Origin: Candidatus Bathyarchaeota archaeon
GTDB lineage: Archaea > Thermoproteota > Bathyarchaeia > Bathyarchaeales > Bathycorpusculaceae
Reading direction: 5' to 3'
NCBI GenBank assembly: GCA_963780185.1
Contig: CAWABA010000009.1
Span: 64,001 to 128,000 of the forward strand
DNA: 64,000 nucleotides
The position numbers were made by a program, and so were the translations under genes. Below, one piece after another: positions 50,022-60,679 of the stretch. The notes under the pieces were generated by a model that had not been told where the DNA came from, ran no database searches, and saw only the letters and a program-made list of their open reading frames with translations. Position 1 is the stretch's first letter. Each line of letters starts with the position of its first letter.

Positions 50022-51228
50022 GTGAAGCCGTTTAGTTTTGTTCATGCTTCAGACCTGCATTTGGGTTATGCACAGTACGGGTTAGAGGCGAGAAGGCAAG
50101 ACTTCGACAACGCATTCAGGGAGCTGGTGGATAAAACCATCGAGTTAAAAGTCGATTTCATGATCATCGCAGGCGACCTTTTCCATCAAGCAAGACCCTC
50201 AAACGTCACCTTGGAAAATACGATTCGCAGCTTCAAACGCCTCAAAGACGCAGCAATCCCGGTTTTAACAGTCGACGGCTCCCATGACTCAGCACCCAAC
50301 ACCGTCACAGGCACAATCCTCTACCCGCTGGACAGCGCCGGCTTAATCCATCATCTCCCAAGACACAGCGGCGCATGCTGGCGAAAAAAAGACTGCTGCT
50401 ACGTGTACGGCATCCCCAACTTTCACAACAAACACAAGACTGAAGAGGCGCTTCCGAAATTCATGGCGGAAAACCCAATTGCACCCGAAGGAGGCGTCTG
50501 CAACATCTTTGTTTTCCATGGCGCCCTAGACCTCCCCGCCGTCAAGCCGCCATACATCGAAGCGGAGCTTTCGCCTGACCAATTGCCCAGTGACTTCAAC
50601 TACTACGCAGCGGGACATGTCCATGAGCAATTCATCCAGAAATTCAAAGGCGGTATCCTGGCTTACAGCGGCTGCACAGAAACCGCTGATTACCGCGAAG
50701 CCAAATACCCCAAAGGCTTCATACATGTTAAAGTAAACGAGAAATGCGAAGTAGACCCTCAGCCCATCGAGCTCACGTCAAGCCGCAGATTCATCATTTT
50801 AGAGCAAGAGTACAATGGTTGGGCATCCTCCAAAATCACGGAGTCAATGGCTCAGCAGGTAAAGGAAAACGACGCTGAAGGAGCCATCATAATCCCTGTT
50901 TTGAAAGGAACACTCCCAGTTGAAGCAAGCCGATCAGAAATCGACACAGGCAAAATCCGAAACGCAGGCGAAAAAGCCCTGCTTGTCCACCCGCTCGTGC
51001 TGCTGAAGGAAACCGCGATTTCAGACGAGGTGGCACGGTCAATTTTTGAAAGCGAATTCAAAGATTTGAGAACCAAAGCGTACGATTATTTTCTTGGAGA
51101 TTTTCTCGCAGCGTTACAGCCGCGAAGAAGCTGAAAAAATCGCTCATTCCGCCCTCAACCTTATCGAGCCGCTGAGCCGAAAACAGGAAGACAAAGTTAA
51201 ACAGGCAATTGAGGAGCTGGTAAAATGA
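50022..51228 (+). CDS. mre11: DNA double-strand break repair nuclease Mre11 (frameshift ~51093)
   Basis: SDLHLG, AGDLF, GSHD, FHG, GHVH; the tail EIFSQRYSREEAEK...IEELVK* ends in an ATGA overlap with rad50. Confidence 0.92.
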
Positions 51229-53313
51229 AGATTGAAGTTGTCCAGCTTGAAAACATCCGTAGCCACATCAAATCAACCGTGCCCTTCACAGGCGGCTTCA
51301 ACTGCCTAGTCGGCGGTTTAGGCTGCGGAAAATCCAGTGTCCTCTACGCGGTTGACTTTGCCCTGTTCGGCGACGCAATCGGAAGAAGCTTCGAGTATCT
51401 GCTTCGTGAAGGCGCAGACTGGGGGCGCGTCACAGTTCAGTTTAGCCAGAACGGCAGCACCTACAAGCTTACCCGCGGAATAAGACGAAAAGGAAAAAGC
51501 ATCACCCAAAACATCGAGGAACTAAAGCTCTTTGAAGATGACAAACTTGTCGCCAGCATGAAAACCGACGCGATTGCCGAGCAATTCAAATCCATAACAG
51601 GGTTAGATAAGGAGCTTTATCGAGAGATTGTTTGGTTCAGGCAGGAGCATCTTAAGGAACTGCTGGATTCAGCGCCGCGTGACAGGCAGAGGCGTCTGGA
51701 TGAACTGTTCGGCTTATCTGACTATGAGATTGCATGGAGCAGCATCGCGCAGTACCAGCGGGATTACGAAACCGAAAGGCGGGTTTACGAGAAAGACCCC
51801 GACGTCAACGGATTAGAAAAACTCAGCGGCGAATACAACAAGACAAGCGAAGAATACACGATGCTGGAAATGGAGCTTGAAACCTCAACGCAGAAGCTGG
51901 CGATTGCTAAAAAAACGTTGGACGAAGCGGATTCTAAACTTAAGCGGCTGGAGGAGAAACGGCAAGCCATCGAAGAGCTGAAACGGAAAGAGGCGAGGCT
52001 GCACTCCGACGCCGTCAACACGGGCAGCGCCTTGGCTTCACTAACCGAACGGATACAGGGCAAAAAAACAATCCTGGACAATCTGCATCAACGCCAAGTT
52101 TCCATCGACACCCAAGCTAAACTGTGTTTGGGCAAACTTGAGCAGGCAGGCTTGCCGACAGACCAACCAGCGCAGTCGCTTCATATTGTGCCTGGCGTCG
52201 TTTGATGACAAAATCAGCAGCTTACGAGCTGACCAAGAAGCAACTTCCAGAGACCTGCAAACAGACAAAAGACGAGCAGTCTCGCTGGCGCAGGAAAACA
52301 AATGTCCCCTCTGCATACAGCCTCTGGACGGCGAATACAAAACCAACCTGCTTTCGCGAATTGAAAAAGATAACATTGACCGAGAAAAAACCCTCACTCA
52401 GCTAAGAATACAAATCGATTCCATGCAGAAAACAAAAGCCTCAGCCTCAGAAGCTTACTCTACCCTTCAAACTTGCCTGACAAGAGCTGAAGAGTTAAAG
52501 AACCGTATAAGCGAGGAAGAAATTAACCTCAAAAACTTGTCCTGCGAGTTTGAGGAAAAACAGGGGCTTGAAGCGGACCTGAAGATGCAGCTTGAGCAGG
52601 TGCAGTTTGAAATCGGCAGGTTCGACTCATCCGAATTGGATACTGCACGAATGCAGCGTGAAGCGGCTTTCAGGCAATATTACCTTGTGGACTCTGAATT
52701 GCGTACCAAAGAGAGCCGCAAAAGTGACCTTTTCAGGCGCTTAGACGAAATCAAGGAGCGAATTGACGTTGCTCAGGGAAAGCTGGAGCGCATGGAGAAA
52801 AACCGAAAAACAGTGGAGGTTTTAGGCGCTATCCGCGATGCTTACCGCAGCATTCAGCCTAAGCTTCGCAGCGAATTCGTGAAGGTTCTGCGCAACTACA
52901 TCCAGCAAGTGCTCGACAGCTTAGTCGGCGCAGAAGCATCCATGCTAAACGTAGTAATCGACGACACCTACACGCCTTACGTGAAAAGCGAAGCAGGGGT
53001 TGACCGCGAAGTTTCCAACCTTTCAGGCGGCGAACGCACGCTTCTGGCTTTCGCTTACCGTTTAGGTTTGGGGCAGCTTATCATGCAGTCGCGGACGGGT
53101 CACGGCTTAAGTATGCTTGTGCTTGATGAACCGACAGAAAACTTGGGCAGCGAAGACGGAAGCATAGAGCGGCTCGCAGAAGCCATAAGCCGATTCAAGG
53201 CGATAGAGCAAATCATCGCGGTTACCCACAGTGAAGCTTTCGCAGGGAAAGCTGACCATGTGATTACTCTTGAAAAAGAAGCTGGCGTAAGCAAAATATC
53301 AATTGAACGATAA
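51225..53313 (+). CDS. rad50: DNA double-strand break repair ATPase Rad50 (frameshift ~52190)
   Basis: ENIRSH, Walker A GCGKSS, Q-loop, coiled coil, Zn hook CPLC, LSGGE, LDEPT, VTH. Confidence 0.92.
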
Positions 53314-53569
53314 CAGATTCTTCCAGAAAATGTCTATGCCATCTATTTTCATGAAAATACTTTCAATAGTCTATTAAAAAGGCTCTTTACTACTGTTGTT
53401 CTAAAGATAAGAACACAGAGGAAGTTTTCAAAGCTTCCGACCGAGCGCTCTGATAGTTGGTAAAGGCTTATATCGAACCCATTCCATATGTTGAAAAGCG
53501 TAAAAAATAGTGTTTGAACGAGTTGGAAAAACTTCAAGCATTATCGCATAATATTAGGAGTTTAAGAAA

Positions 53570-54361
53570 ATGTCTAAAACAAAAAACTTTAAAGTTATTG
53601 CCATGATTCTGCTAACAACAACACTCTTAGTACTAGCATCAAGCGCAAGCATCTCAAACGTTAAAGCAGCAACAACGCAGACCTTGGTTCTTTACACTAC
53701 ATTAGGCGGCGCATGAGTTCAGTCGATGCAAACGGCACAGCCATGACGCCAGGGAGTCAACAGGTAATAGTCTCACCAGCGGCGACACATATACGTTCAC
53801 CGCGACGGCTGCTTCTGGCTACAAATTCATAGGCTGGGCATATGCTGACGAAACGGTCCGGTTGGGTCAACCAGTGCCTCATTCTCAAAAGTCATTTCAA
53901 ACCCTGCTCTTTAGAGGCAATCTTCATCCCGACCACTAACACAACGGCAACGACCATCAGGAAGCGGAGCAGCTAGCACTAAGCTATCTTCGCGACAGCC
54001 GGCGGTACAACTAGTCCTGCTGGATCCCTCACTGGAGCATCAGTCAGCGGCACGATAGGTCACACCACAACTATAACTGAGACAGCGGAAGCGGCTACAC
54101 ATTCCTGTGCTGGGTCGTACAATGCTCATCAAACAACTACTACACTTCAACAACACTTAATTACATGCCAACATACAAGCGGAGCAGCCGTCGAAGCAAT
54201 CTGGGTTCCAACCAGCAGCGGAATAACACTGCCATCAGCATCACCGACACCAACACCGAAAGTAGCTGAATTCTCATCTGCAATAGTCGCCATCGTAGCC
54301 GTAGCATTAGTCGCAGGCGCATTCGGAACATACGCATACACCAAGAAAAACACGAAAGTAA
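53570..54361 (+). CDS. Exported Thr/Ser-rich surface protein with PEF-like sorting tail (heavily frameshifted)
   Basis: AGGAG SD; MSKTKNFKVIAMILLTTTLLVLA; repeats TA.SGY.F..W; tail TPTPKVAEFSSAIVAIVAVALVAGAFGTYAYTKK. Confidence 0.65.
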
Positions 54362-54598
54362 AACCCCACTTTCTTTTTTTATTTTTTTAAAATACTTTTT
54401 TAATTTTAAATTACTGAGAACCATTGGATTTATGCTCAACAGCTTTAGACACTTGCGAAGAGCTTTCTTGCTTCAACCCCCGCAAGATAATTTATGCGTC
54501 TATCGTCGTCAAAGTCCGTTAACGGTAATTTCCCAAGCCTTATATAACGCACTCAAGCACCCTTAAACCACCAAAAATGGTTTGGCGGCGAACACAAA

Positions 54599-55675
54599 AT
54601 GAAGTTTAACGTGGGAATCGAATCAATCAAAGCCGAAGTAAAAGACAACATTCTTGTAATTTCGTCCAAAGAACCTTTGAGAGTCCTCAGCTCCGCCGTT
54701 TTAAACGGAGGACTAATGGAAGCACAGGGAATAATTAACGTTCAAGTTCCCGAAGGCAGCGGCGAAGACAAAAATGATGTACACTGGAACGCCGAAGAAT
54801 TCTTGAAAACGCAAGTCCAAAAGCTCAAGCTTCCAAACGGCAAAGTAGTTGCGTTAATGACCGCCGCCAAAATGAAGAATGTAGCGTCAGCCACCAGAAA
54901 AACTGGCAAAACAACCCTGACCCTTTTCGTAACCGCTGGAACAACCGTCGCCGTCACAGCAGGGGAACCGGCAGCCTCAAAAAACCCGCCGAAACCCGGC
55001 ACAATAAACATTATCTTGCTGGTGGATGGAAACATGACAGACGGCTGCATGGTTGAGGCACACAAAACAATTACTGAAGCAAAAACAGTCGCGTTGCGGG
55101 AGCTGGATGTTAGAAGCCAGTTTTCAGGCGACCTTGCCACAGGAACCTTAACCGACACCGTAGCGGTGGCTTGCACCAAAAGAGGGGAACGTCATAAGTT
55201 TTGCTGGAACTTTCACTTTGATAGGGGAACTCATCGCGCAATGCGTTCGAGAATGCGTAAAGACAGCTATTTACAAACAAGAGGGGTCGTGTCAAGCAGA
55301 CCTTTGACGGAAAGACTGGCTGAAAGAGGATTGCAAATCGAAAAGCTCATGTCTCTTTTCAGCGAAAACAGGTTCCTGTTGAAAGCGCCAAACATCAGCG
55401 GTTCAAAAAGGAGTTAGAGCAAGACTTTAGCTGACAAAAAAATTGCGTCGTTGGTTTTGGCAAGCCTCAGGTTTGACGACGATTTAAAAAAAGGCTTAAT
55501 CCCTGAGCAAATGAAAATACTGTTGACCAAGCTGCTTTTGAAGAAATTGTCGTATGCGGCAATCAGGAGTTACTTGTCGGACAAATGCAAATCAGACGAA
55601 GAATCCCCAGGAAAAGAGACGAAAGAAGAGAATTTGGGTCCTTTGACCAGCTTGCGTTTTGAAGGCTATTCTTGA
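54599..55675 (+). CDS. cbiZ: Adenosylcobinamide amidohydrolase CbiZ with C-terminal extension (frameshifted)
   Basis: LSSAVLNGG, LMTAA, VTAG, GTINI, TEAKT, ATGTLTD. Confidence 0.88.
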
Positions 55676-55821
55676 AAAACGCCTACTCCAAAACTGATAA
55701 GCCAAACTAACCTGAAGACTTGGAGCGTTCAACTGTTCGCCTACAGCTATCCAGATTGCGCCCAAGTACAGTTAACTTTAATAATGCTGTAACTGGCTTT
55801 TTTAGCAAGGTGCAAATTTAC

Positions 55822-57085
55822 GTGGTCTCAATAAACCCCAAAGAGCTGCCATATGACACGCTCAAGCATTGGCCTCCAATGACCTACAGAGACAACAAAG
55901 CACCAACCCAGGAGGCAATCAGGGATTTTGCAGATTTCCTTAAGACAGAAAACCATTCCAAGGGACCGAAAGAACTGCAGCCGTGGATTCCATTCTGCGA
56001 TGGAAGATGCTCGTTTTGCTATTTCCCAGTTAACTGCGAAAAACAGCGACATTTCCGCCTACATTGAAGCATTGAAGATTGCGCTGCATCGCTACGCCGA
56101 AACCAGATACGTCAAATCAACAGTTTTCGAAGAGATCTACATCGGCGGCGGCAGCCCATCCATTCTTTCGGAGACCCAAATCGCGGATGTTATGAATTTT
56201 GCCGAGCGCAACTTCAAATTTACCGACAAATGCACAACCAAATTTACAGCGTGCACCTTCGGGTTGACTGACAAAAAAATTCGTCTCTTAGCTTCCCACG
56301 AAGTTGACCAATTAGACATCGGGGTTCAAACCTTTGAAGATGCCTTTAGAAAAAACCTTACACTTCGAGATGGAACCAAAGACGCTAAAGAAAAGCTGAA
56401 AGCAGTCAAGAAAAATGGTTTGCACCTCAGCATCGACTTGCTCTATAACCTCCCTGGGCAGACGATGGAGCAGTGGCGAGGGGACTTAAAGCAGGCTTTG
56501 GAGCTTGAAGTTGAAAGCGTAGACTGCTACCCGCTGGATTTGTACGCAGATACCCCGCTTGCCCGAAGAATCGCTGGTGGTGAGCTGCCTTCGCCAGGGG
56601 ACTACCAGAAAGAGCTTGAAATGTACATGGAAGCCTACGATATCTTCAAAGAAAACGGGTATTTCCCAACCTGCCATAACAGGTTCTCACGGCTAAAAGA
56701 AGACCAGGGCAAAGTGTCTTCGGAAGTGGTGGGAACTGGCGCAGGCTTCTTCATGGGGCACTTAGGCAACTACCAATACTCAGACATCGACAACGTAAAA
56801 GACTACATAGCCTCAGTTCAGCAGGGATCTTTCCCGTTGGCTTCTCTTGCAACGCTTTCAAAAGAAGACAAGATGCGCAAGGCAATGATGCTCATTTACG
56901 TTCGTGTTCGACTGGACCGCAAAGACTTCAGGGACGAGTTCGGAAAGTTCCCCGAAGAAGCATTCCCCGATGCGATAGAACGGCTCAAGCAAAAAGGCTT
57001 AATCGAGGTAACCGACGAAGAGATAAGGCTATCAGAAAAAGGCGACCCATGGCGATTCAACATAGCTTGGGAATTCTTCAAGTAA
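55822..57085 (+). CDS. HemN-like radical SAM protein (frameshift ~56040)
   Basis: WIPFCDGRCSFCYF (CxxxCxxC), IYIGGGSPS, GVQTF, DLLYNLPGQT, C-terminal HemN_C domain. Confidence 0.9.
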
Positions 57086-57169
57086 GGTTTTGGCCAATCG
57101 TTGTTTTGAATTTTCAATTTATAGGAGTTGCATAGAAGAGTGCCGTACCCATTTTTAGCCAGTTTCTCC

Positions 57170-58009
57170 TCAAAATTCTTTTGTGGTTTCAAAGGCTCTC
57201 ATTGCTGCGAAGAACATGATTGCGGCGAATCCGGCGAGAAACGCAAAAGAGATAAGAATCGTCTGAGGCGCAGTAGAGTAGTGAACTCCAAAAGAGTAGA
57301 AATCTGAGCCTATTCCAAAATAACGCATACCATTAATGAAGTGTGTGAGAGGATTAAGGTTGCTTACAATTTTTATCGCCGACGGCATCGAATCGATTGG
57401 ATAAAGTGCGTTGCTCGCAAAAAATAGTGGTAATGTTAAAAGAGTTATTATGGCTTGACTAACATTATGGTCCCTTACCTTCATCGCGATAGCAGTTGAA
57501 AGAAACATCAAGCCCAAAGAAAAAAGTGCGGCAAACATTAACACGCCCGCTATTGCAGTTAGGGTACCTGCAATTGTTAACCCGAAGAAAAAATAGACTC
57601 CAAGAACATACCCAAACGCGATTACAATGGCTGTTTGAATCAAAGCTTTTGTAATTCCTCCTAAAGTCACCCCTAAAAGTATCTGCGAACGAGGCATCGG
57701 CGAAACCACAATCAACTTCATCAACCCATATTGCTTGTCGAACTGCACGTTCTGCCCCGCATATAGGCAAGTGAAAAGAATAGTCATGCCTACCACTCCA
57801 GCCGCCATGAACGTCATATAGTTGGCAGAAACCACACCAGGCGGGTTAGAGCCGCTGGGAAAGAAAAGGGTGATGTTGCTTGACATCGAGATCCCGTAAA
57901 GAACTAGCCAAAGCACTGGCTGGATAAGAGCGGAAAAAAGAAGCGCCTTTGAACGGAAGAATTTCACCATGTCCCGCCAATAAATTGCAACAAATCCATT
58001 TTCCATCAA
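57170..58009 (-). CDS. ABC-2 type permease (DrrB-like)
   Basis: QPVLWL, DKQYG....VSP..R, PLFFASNALYP, NPLT. Confidence 0.92.
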   Translation of the reverse strand: MMENGFVAIYWRDMVKFFRSKALLFSALIQPVLWLVLYGISMSSNITLFFPSGSNPPGVVSANYMTFMAAGVVGMTILFTCLYAGQNVQFDKQYGLMKLIVVSPMPRSQILLGVTLGGITKALIQTAIVIAFGYVLGVYFFFGLTIAGTLTAIAGVLMFAALFSLGLMFLSTAIAMKVRDHNVSQAIITLLTLPLFFASNALYPIDSMPSAIKIVSNLNPLTHFINGMRYFGIGSDFYSFGVHYSTAPQTILISFAFLAGFAAIMFFAAMRAFETTKEF

Positions 58010-58012
58010 GCA

Positions 58013-59005
58013 TCAACTCCCGTGTGCAACTGAGGTTTTTGATCCAAAGCCTTCTTGGCCCTCTTCGCCCAATCCCTTTCCAGTAAAATGGACAAAGACA
58101 TCATCCAAGGTGGGCTTCATTAGATTGACGCTGCATATTTCAATCCCTTCAGTTCTCAGGATGTCAATTAGTCTCGGTGTTAAATGCGCGTTCTCTTTGA
58201 AATGAATAATCAATCCTTCAGACGAACTCGAAATTTGATTTATGCCTGGTACATCTTTAATGAGTCGGGCTGCTTTCTCGTCATTATCAGTTTGCAGATG
58301 GATTCGGTCTTGTCCCAGAGAGTTTTTCAGGCTCTCGGATGAACCGTTCGCTATTATTTTTCCTTTATCAATTATGCAGACGGCGTCGCTGTTTTGGTCC
58401 GCTTCATCCATATAATGGGTGGTTAGGAAAATCGTGACTCCCTCCGAATTGACCTTTTTTATGTATGACCAAATCCGCCTTCTTGTTTGAGTGTCTAAAC
58501 CTATTGTGGGTTCGTCAAGAAACAGAATTTGCGGTCTTGTTAGAAGCCCTCTCGCGATTTCGAGGCGACGCTTCATGCCGCCGCTGAGGTTCTTGGCAAA
58601 TTCATTCTTCTTATCAGTCAATTCGACCAATTCAATGAGTTCATCTATTCGGGGTCGTCGGACATCTTTTGGAAGCGAATATATTCTTCCATGAAAATCC
58701 ATCGTTTCCCACACTGTGAGGTCCCTATCGAGCCTTTGGTCCTGAAAAACAACTCCTATGGATTTACGAACCTTGTCCCGTTCATTTGTTACGTCAAACC
58801 CTGAGATTGTTACCCTGCCTTTCTGTATCGGCAGCAGGGTTATTAGCAAATTGATTGTAGTTGTTTTTCCCGCACCGTTTGGTCCTAAAAACGAGAATAT
58901 CTGCCCCTTTTCAACGCAGAAGCTGATGTCGTTAACAGCAACGAGTTTCCCGTAATTGTAGCAGAGTCCTTCAACCGATATTATTGGGTCTCCCATAACT
59001 ATCAC
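58013..59005 (-). CDS. ABC transporter ATP-binding protein (DrrA-like)
   Basis: GPNGAGKTT, LSGGMKRRLEIAR, LDEPT, TTHYMDEA, PTLDDVF. Confidence 0.95.
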   Translation of the reverse strand: MIVMGDPIISVEGLCYNYGKLVAVNDISFCVEKGQIFSFLGPNGAGKTTTINLLITLLPIQKGRVTISGFDVTNERDKVRKSIGVVFQDQRLDRDLTVWETMDFHGRIYSLPKDVRRPRIDELIELVELTDKKNEFAKNLSGGMKRRLEIARGLLTRPQILFLDEPTIGLDTQTRRRIWSYIKKVNSEGVTIFLTTHYMDEADQNSDAVCIIDKGKIIANGSSESLKNSLGQDRIHLQTDNDEKAARLIKDVPGINQISSSSEGLIIHFKENAHLTPRLIDILRTEGIEICSVNLMKPTLDDVFVHFTGKGLGEEGQEGFGSKTSVAHGS

Positions 59006-59006
59006 G

Positions 59007-60359
59007 CTATTCTATTTTTCCAACTGAATCATTGCATTGCCAAGTTTGCCTTTTGGCTTTTTTAGTTCTAAGTCCAACTACTAAACCTGCGATTATGACC
59101 ACAATCATGATTATGCCTAGAATAATCAAAAGGGAGCCACCACTGATTGTTGAAGTTGAGGGTTTGGAAGAAGCAGAGGAACTGGACAAAGGAGACTGAG
59201 AAGGCATTTGTGGCGAGGGTTGCGGAACGACAATTGAGCCAAAGGCATAGACGTTGTTGTCGTCGGAGCCCACGTAGACTACACCGTTGACAACCGAAGG
59301 AGAAGACTCCACGGCACTTTCGGTCGTGAAACTCCAAATCTTAACTCCCGTGGTAGCGTTTAAAGCATAAACATTGCCGTCCTCGGAGCCAAAGCAAACC
59401 ACGCCGTCGGCCACGAACGGAGCAGAATCTATGATGTTGCCAGTCGAGAAGTTCCACATTTTGGTCCCGCTTGCAGCGTTCAAGGCATAAAGGTTGTTGT
59501 CGTCTGAGCCGATGTAAACTACGCCGCCTGCGACGGCTGGGGAAGACTCGATTTCGGCGCCCGTCGTGTAATTCCACACTTTGCTCCCTGTAGCCGCGTC
59601 TATTGCGTAGACGTTGCCGTTGGTGGAGCCAAAATAGACCTTGCCGTCGGCAACCGCTGGCGTCGAGTAGGTGAAGCCGAAGCCACCTATCGTGTAGCTC
59701 CAAATTTTGCTGCCGGTTGAAGCGTTCAGAGCGTAGGCGTCAGCGTACGAGTTGACGTAGACTACGCCGTCGACGATTGCGGGGGCTGAGTAGACGTAGT
59801 TGCCTGTGCTGTAGTTCCAGATTTTGGCGCCGGTCGCGGCGTTTAACGCGTAAACGTTGAAATCGTTGGAGCCCACGTAGACCACACCGTTAGCAACCGA
59901 GGGAGAAGAATACACCTCAGCTCCAGTCCTGTAGCTCCAAATTTTGCTGCCGGTTGAAGCGTTCAGAGCGTAAACATAATTGTCGTCGGAGCCTATGTAA
60001 ACGACGCTGTCGGCGACCGCGGGAGAATCCTCCACTGCGTTGCCTGTCTTGTAGTTCCAGATTTTGGCGCCTGTGGCTGCGTTCAAGGCATAAATGTAGT
60101 CGTCATCCGAACCGACGTAGACCACACCATTGACAACGGCGGGAGAAAGATACTCAAGGGAATTCTCGGTTGGGAAGATCCAAAGGGTCTTATTTGTCAG
60201 CGGCACAGTCGAAGTGGAGTACCCCGCGTGAGATAGGTCATGATGGAATTGGGTGGACCAGTCCACGGGAGACTGTTGGGCATTCACTTTTGGCGCAAAG
60301 GCTGAAAACATAGTTAAACACAAGATCCCCAGAAGGATTATTGTTTTTTTGTGGTTGAT
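59007..60359 (-). CDS. Exported PQQ-like 8-blade beta-propeller with C-terminal anchor
   Basis: Eight SSP.V..GVVY.GS.D..VYALNA.TG.K.W repeats; the signal peptide starts at ATC (60359) after GGAGAGGG, so either a non-canonical start or a base error. Confidence 0.9.
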   Translation of the reverse strand: MNHKKTIILLGILCLTMFSAFAPKVNAQQSPVDWSTQFHHDLSHAGYSTSTVPLTNKTLWIFPTENSLEYLSPAVVNGVVYVGSDDDYIYALNAATGAKIWNYKTGNAVEDSPAVADSVVYIGSDDNYVYALNASTGSKIWSYRTGAEVYSSPSVANGVVYVGSNDFNVYALNAATGAKIWNYSTGNYVYSAPAIVDGVVYVNSYADAYALNASTGSKIWSYTIGGFGFTYSTPAVADGKVYFGSTNGNVYAIDAATGSKVWNYTTGAEIESSPAVAGGVVYIGSDDNNLYALNAASGTKMWNFSTGNIIDSAPFVADGVVCFGSEDGNVYALNATTGVKIWSFTTESAVESSPSVVNGVVYVGSDDNNVYAFGSIVVPQPSPQMPSQSPLSSSSASSKPSTSTISGGSLLIILGIIMIVVIIAGLVVGLRTKKAKRQTWQCNDSVGKIE

Positions 60360-60378
60360 TCTTCCCTCTCCTTTCGCT

Positions 60379-60395
60379 GGTTGGATTATCCAGCC
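60379..60395 (-). promoter_or_regulatory. Palindromic operator GGYTGGAT-N-ATCCAACC, leftward promoter
   Basis: GGCTGGATAATCCAACC just downstream of CTTATATT on the minus strand. Confidence 0.75.
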
Positions 60396-60639
60396 GTGAA
60401 TATAAGTTTTCTCCAAAAAACTCCAATGCACCCTTAACCACCCACCCCATTTTTGTGGTGCGCGCTGTTTTTCTGACCTTTCAATGCCAGCGGGTGGTGA
60501 GCTGTGGAATACTTGTTTGTGCTGTGTTGCACGTGACTAGTTGTTTTCTCGTTTTGTATGTTAATTTCCGTGGGAAATTGGGGTTAGGTTTGGGTTGGCA
60601 AGTTGGGGTGTGCCTTTTTTTCCGTAAGTTTCTTATAGC

Positions 60640-60658
60640 AGGTTGGATAATCCAACCT
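60640..60658 (+). promoter_or_regulatory. Palindromic operator AGGTTGGAT-A-ATCCAACCT, btu promoter
   Basis: Perfect 9-bp arms directly after CTTATA. Confidence 0.8.
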
Positions 60659-60679
60659 AACACAATGGGGATTAGAAGG

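Noticed and set aside
50270-50292. Inactive Mre11 because of GSHD instead of GNHD
   Set aside because: All other metal motifs are intact and, to my knowledge, GSHD occurs in other archaeal Mre11 proteins.
51085-52205. Programmed frameshifting or pseudogenes in mre11/rad50
   Set aside because: No consistent slippery site; the same indel pattern affects many unrelated genes.
53344-53359. 16-bp palindrome TATTTTCATGAAAATA
   Set aside because: AT-rich, single copy and not positioned at a promoter; may be chance.
54557-54590. GCACCCTTAA shared between the cbiZ promoter and 60428
   Set aside because: Only ~10 bp and in different positions relative to TATA; not enough support.
59200-60200. Diversity-generating retroelement template/variable repeat
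   Set aside because: No reverse transcriptase; the repeats are in-frame blades with no adenine-specific pattern noticed.
60400-60640. Cobalamin riboswitch
   Set aside because: No recognisable B12-box core, and the TATA boxes lie close to both start codons.
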